Source: Alphaproteobacteria bacterium
Lineage (GTDB): Bacteria > Pseudomonadota > Alphaproteobacteria > UBA828
Assembly: GCA_965214705.1 (NCBI GenBank)
Contig: CBDCCI010000002.1
Location: forward strand, 1,408,001-1,472,000
Length of the DNA: 64,000 nt
Direction of reading: 5' to 3'
The notes beneath the pieces were generated by a model. That model made no database searches, had not been told where the DNA came from, and saw nothing but the letters and a program-made list of their open reading frames with translations. Below, piece after piece: positions 61,678 through 64,000 of this stretch. A program made the translations under genes and the position numbers. The number at the start of each line of letters is the position of its first letter. The stretch's first letter is position 1.

Positions 61678-63471
61678 ATGCCTGACGACCCGCCCGCCGC
61701 AGACGCGACGGAAAACAACATGGCCGACCAACTCGCTGCCATTGCGCAGCAAAGCCAGCGGATCGCGGCGCGATTCCTGAGCGGGCAGGGCGCGACGGGT
61801 GCCGGGACGGCCTCGGACCCGCTCAACCTCAGCGCCGCCCTGGGGGCGATGGCGCGGAGCCTGGCCGAGGACCCGTCGCCGCTGATCGACGCCCAGATGA
61901 AGTGGTGGGACGGCTATCTCAGGCTGTGGCAGCAAGGCGCTCAGCGCCTGCAAGGCGAGGAGCCGGTCCAGCCGGTGGCCGCGCCCGAGCCCGATGACCG
62001 GCGCTTTCGCGATCCTGCCTGGACCGAGAGCTGGGTCTTCGATCACCTGAAGCAATCGTACCTGCTGACCGCCGCCTGCATGCAGGCGGCGGTGGGGAAC
62101 CTGCGCGGCCTCGACGAGAAGGACGCTGCCAAGCTCGCCTTCTACACGCGCCAGTTCGTCGATGCGCTGGCGCCCACCAATTTTCTCGCCACCAACCCCG
62201 CAGCGCTCAAGGAGACCGCCGAGACCAGGGGCGAAAACTTGTTAAGGGGCCTGCGCAACGTGCTCGACGACCTGGAGCGCAACGAGGGTCGGTTCGCGCC
62301 GCGCATGTCGGACGAGGACCACTTCGTCCTGGGCGAGACCATCGCCACGACGCCCGGAAAGGTCGTCTTCCAGAACGAGCTGATGCAGCTGATCCAGTAT
62401 GCGCCGAGCACCGAGACGGTGTATCGCCGGCCGCTCCTCGTCGTGCCGCCCTGGATCAACAAGTATTACGTGCTCGACCTGCGGCCGAAGAACTCGTTCG
62501 TCAGGTGGGCGGTATCGAAGGGCTATTCGGTCTTCATGATCTCGTGGGTCAATCCCGACGAGGGCCTCGCCGAGAAGACCTTCGAGGACTACATGCTGGA
62601 GGGCCCGCTGGCCGCGCTTGATGCGATCGAGCAGGCGACGGGCGAGCGCGATGTCGCGGCGATCGGCTACTGCCTGGGCGGCACGCTCGCGGCAGCGACG
62701 CTGGCATATCTCGCGGCGCGGGGCGACAAGCGGATCAGGAGCGCGACCTTCTTCGCCTCCCTCGTCGATTTTGCCGAGCCCGGCGAGCTCGGCGTCTTCA
62801 TCGACGATGCCCAGCTCGAGTCGCTCGAGGCCATGATGGCGGAGAAGGGTTATCTCGACGGCCGGCACATGGCGACGACCTTCAACATGCTGCGCGCCAA
62901 CGACCTGATCTGGTCCTTCGTGGTCAACAACTACCTACTCGGCCGCGAGCCGCTGCCCTTCGACCTGCTCTTCTGGAACGCGGATTCGACCCGGATGCCG
63001 GCGGCGATGCACGGCTTCTACCTGCGCAAGATGTATCAGGAGAACCTGTTGGCCCAGCCGGAGGGACTGAGCCTCGCCGGCGTCACCATCGACCTCAGCC
63101 GCATCGACATCCCGACCTATATCGTGGCGACGCGGGAGGACCACATCGCGCCGTGGCAGTCCTGCTTCGCCGCGTGCGGGCTCTATCGGGGGCAGCGCCG
63201 CTTCGTGCTCGGCGCCTCCGGCCATATCGCCGGCATCATCAACCCGCCGGAGGCTGGCAAGTACGGCTATTGGACAGGCCCGGTCGTGGAGGCGCAGGAC
63301 GCCGATGCATGGCTCGCCGCAGCCGGCCACCACGAGGGCTCTTGGTGGAACGACTGGCACGCCTGGCAGCGCCGCCGCTCAGGCGGCAAGAAGGTGCTGG
63401 CGCGCGTCCCCGGCGAGGGCTCGCTCAGGCCGATAGAGGACGCGCCGGGCGCCTACGTCTTGGAGAAGTAG
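61678..63471 (+). CDS. phaC: Class I PHA synthase
   Basis: PPWINKYY, GYCLGG, DHIAPW, GHIAG. Confidence 0.96.
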   Translation: MPDDPPAADATENNMADQLAAIAQQSQRIAARFLSGQGATGAGTASDPLNLSAALGAMARSLAEDPSPLIDAQMKWWDGYLRLWQQGAQRLQGEEPVQPVAAPEPDDRRFRDPAWTESWVFDHLKQSYLLTAACMQAAVGNLRGLDEKDAAKLAFYTRQFVDALAPTNFLATNPAALKETAETRGENLLRGLRNVLDDLERNEGRFAPRMSDEDHFVLGETIATTPGKVVFQNELMQLIQYAPSTETVYRRPLLVVPPWINKYYVLDLRPKNSFVRWAVSKGYSVFMISWVNPDEGLAEKTFEDYMLEGPLAALDAIEQATGERDVAAIGYCLGGTLAAATLAYLAARGDKRIRSATFFASLVDFAEPGELGVFIDDAQLESLEAMMAEKGYLDGRHMATTFNMLRANDLIWSFVVNNYLLGREPLPFDLLFWNADSTRMPAAMHGFYLRKMYQENLLAQPEGLSLAGVTIDLSRIDIPTYIVATREDHIAPWQSCFAACGLYRGQRRFVLGASGHIAGIINPPEAGKYGYWTGPVVEAQDADAWLAAAGHHEGSWWNDWHAWQRRRSGGKKVLARVPGEGSLRPIEDAPGAYVLEK

Positions 63472-64000
63472 CTGCCGACGCGCGCTGCGGCGGGCCCGAG
63501 GATGCCCGGTATTCGCCGGCACGGTTCGCGTAGCGCCGGGCGATGGTGGTGATGGTCTCACGCTCCGCGTTGCTCACCATGCGCACCGCCTTCGCGGGCC
63601 GGCCCATCCACATCTCGCCGCTCTTGACCCGCTTGCCTGGCGTCACCAGCGCGCCGGCGGCAACCCACGCGCCGCTCTCCACCACCGCGAAGTCCATCAC
63701 GGTGGCGCCCATGCCGATCATGCAGGCGTCTTCCAGGATGCAGGCGTGCAGCAGGCACATGTGGCCCACGACCACGTCGTCGCCGATGAGCGTGGGGCCG
63801 TCCGCCGTGGCCGTATGGATGATCGTTCCGTCCTGGACGTTGCTGCGTGCGCCCATGCGGATGTAGTTCACGTCGCCGCGCAGGACACAGTTGAACCAGA
63901 TGCTCGACTGCTCCCCGAGGATGACGTCGCCGATCACGTTGGTGCCGGCGGCGACGAAGGCGCTCGGCGCCACCTGAGGCCAGCGGTGGCGATAGGGGAG
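63425..64000 (-). CDS. Gamma carbonic anhydrase family protein (5' end beyond the window)
   Basis: Hexapeptide repeats; LRGDVN..NVQD..H...GH..LH. Confidence 0.9.
   Translation of the reverse strand, partial: LPYRHRWPQVAPSAFVAAGTNVIGDVILGEQSSIWFNCVLRGDVNYIRMGARSNVQDGTIIHTATADGPTLIGDDVVVGHMCLLHACILEDACMIGMGATVMDFAVVESGAWVAAGALVTPGKRVKSGEMWMGRPAKAVRMVSNAERETITTIARRYANRAGEYRASSGPPQRASAATSPRRRRPARPLSA

Overview
GC-rich alphaproteobacterial (Rhodospirillales-like) DNA. About 1-56.4 kb looks like an accessory island ending at the 3' end of a tRNA-Glu; 56.5-64 kb is core genome (recJ, glpX, hom, phaC, gamma-carbonic anhydrase). The island starts with a type I-E CRISPR-Cas operon (cas8e partial, cas11, cas7, cas5, cas6e, cas1, cas2) and a 30-repeat array split by an IS1634 element. 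The last repeat is perfect and is fused directly into a truncated phage tail module (tape-measure-like 5' end, a secreted moron-like gene, and a G/GT chaperone pair). Next is a cluster of nested mobile elements: an ORF-less group II intron inside an IS1634 terminal repeat, IS21, IS5 interrupted by IS1634, a second identical IS1634, and a phage replication remnant. A secreted KatG and a MOBF relaxase with a candidate oriT follow. Two uncharacterised catabolic clusters complete the island: sugar ABC + GMC oxidoreductase + TPP enzyme + cupin + HisD paralogue, and peptide-type ABC + two amidohydrolases + deacetylase + a triple-domain Rid protein broken by ISKra4. Family assignments come from motifs recognised by eye; no searches were run.
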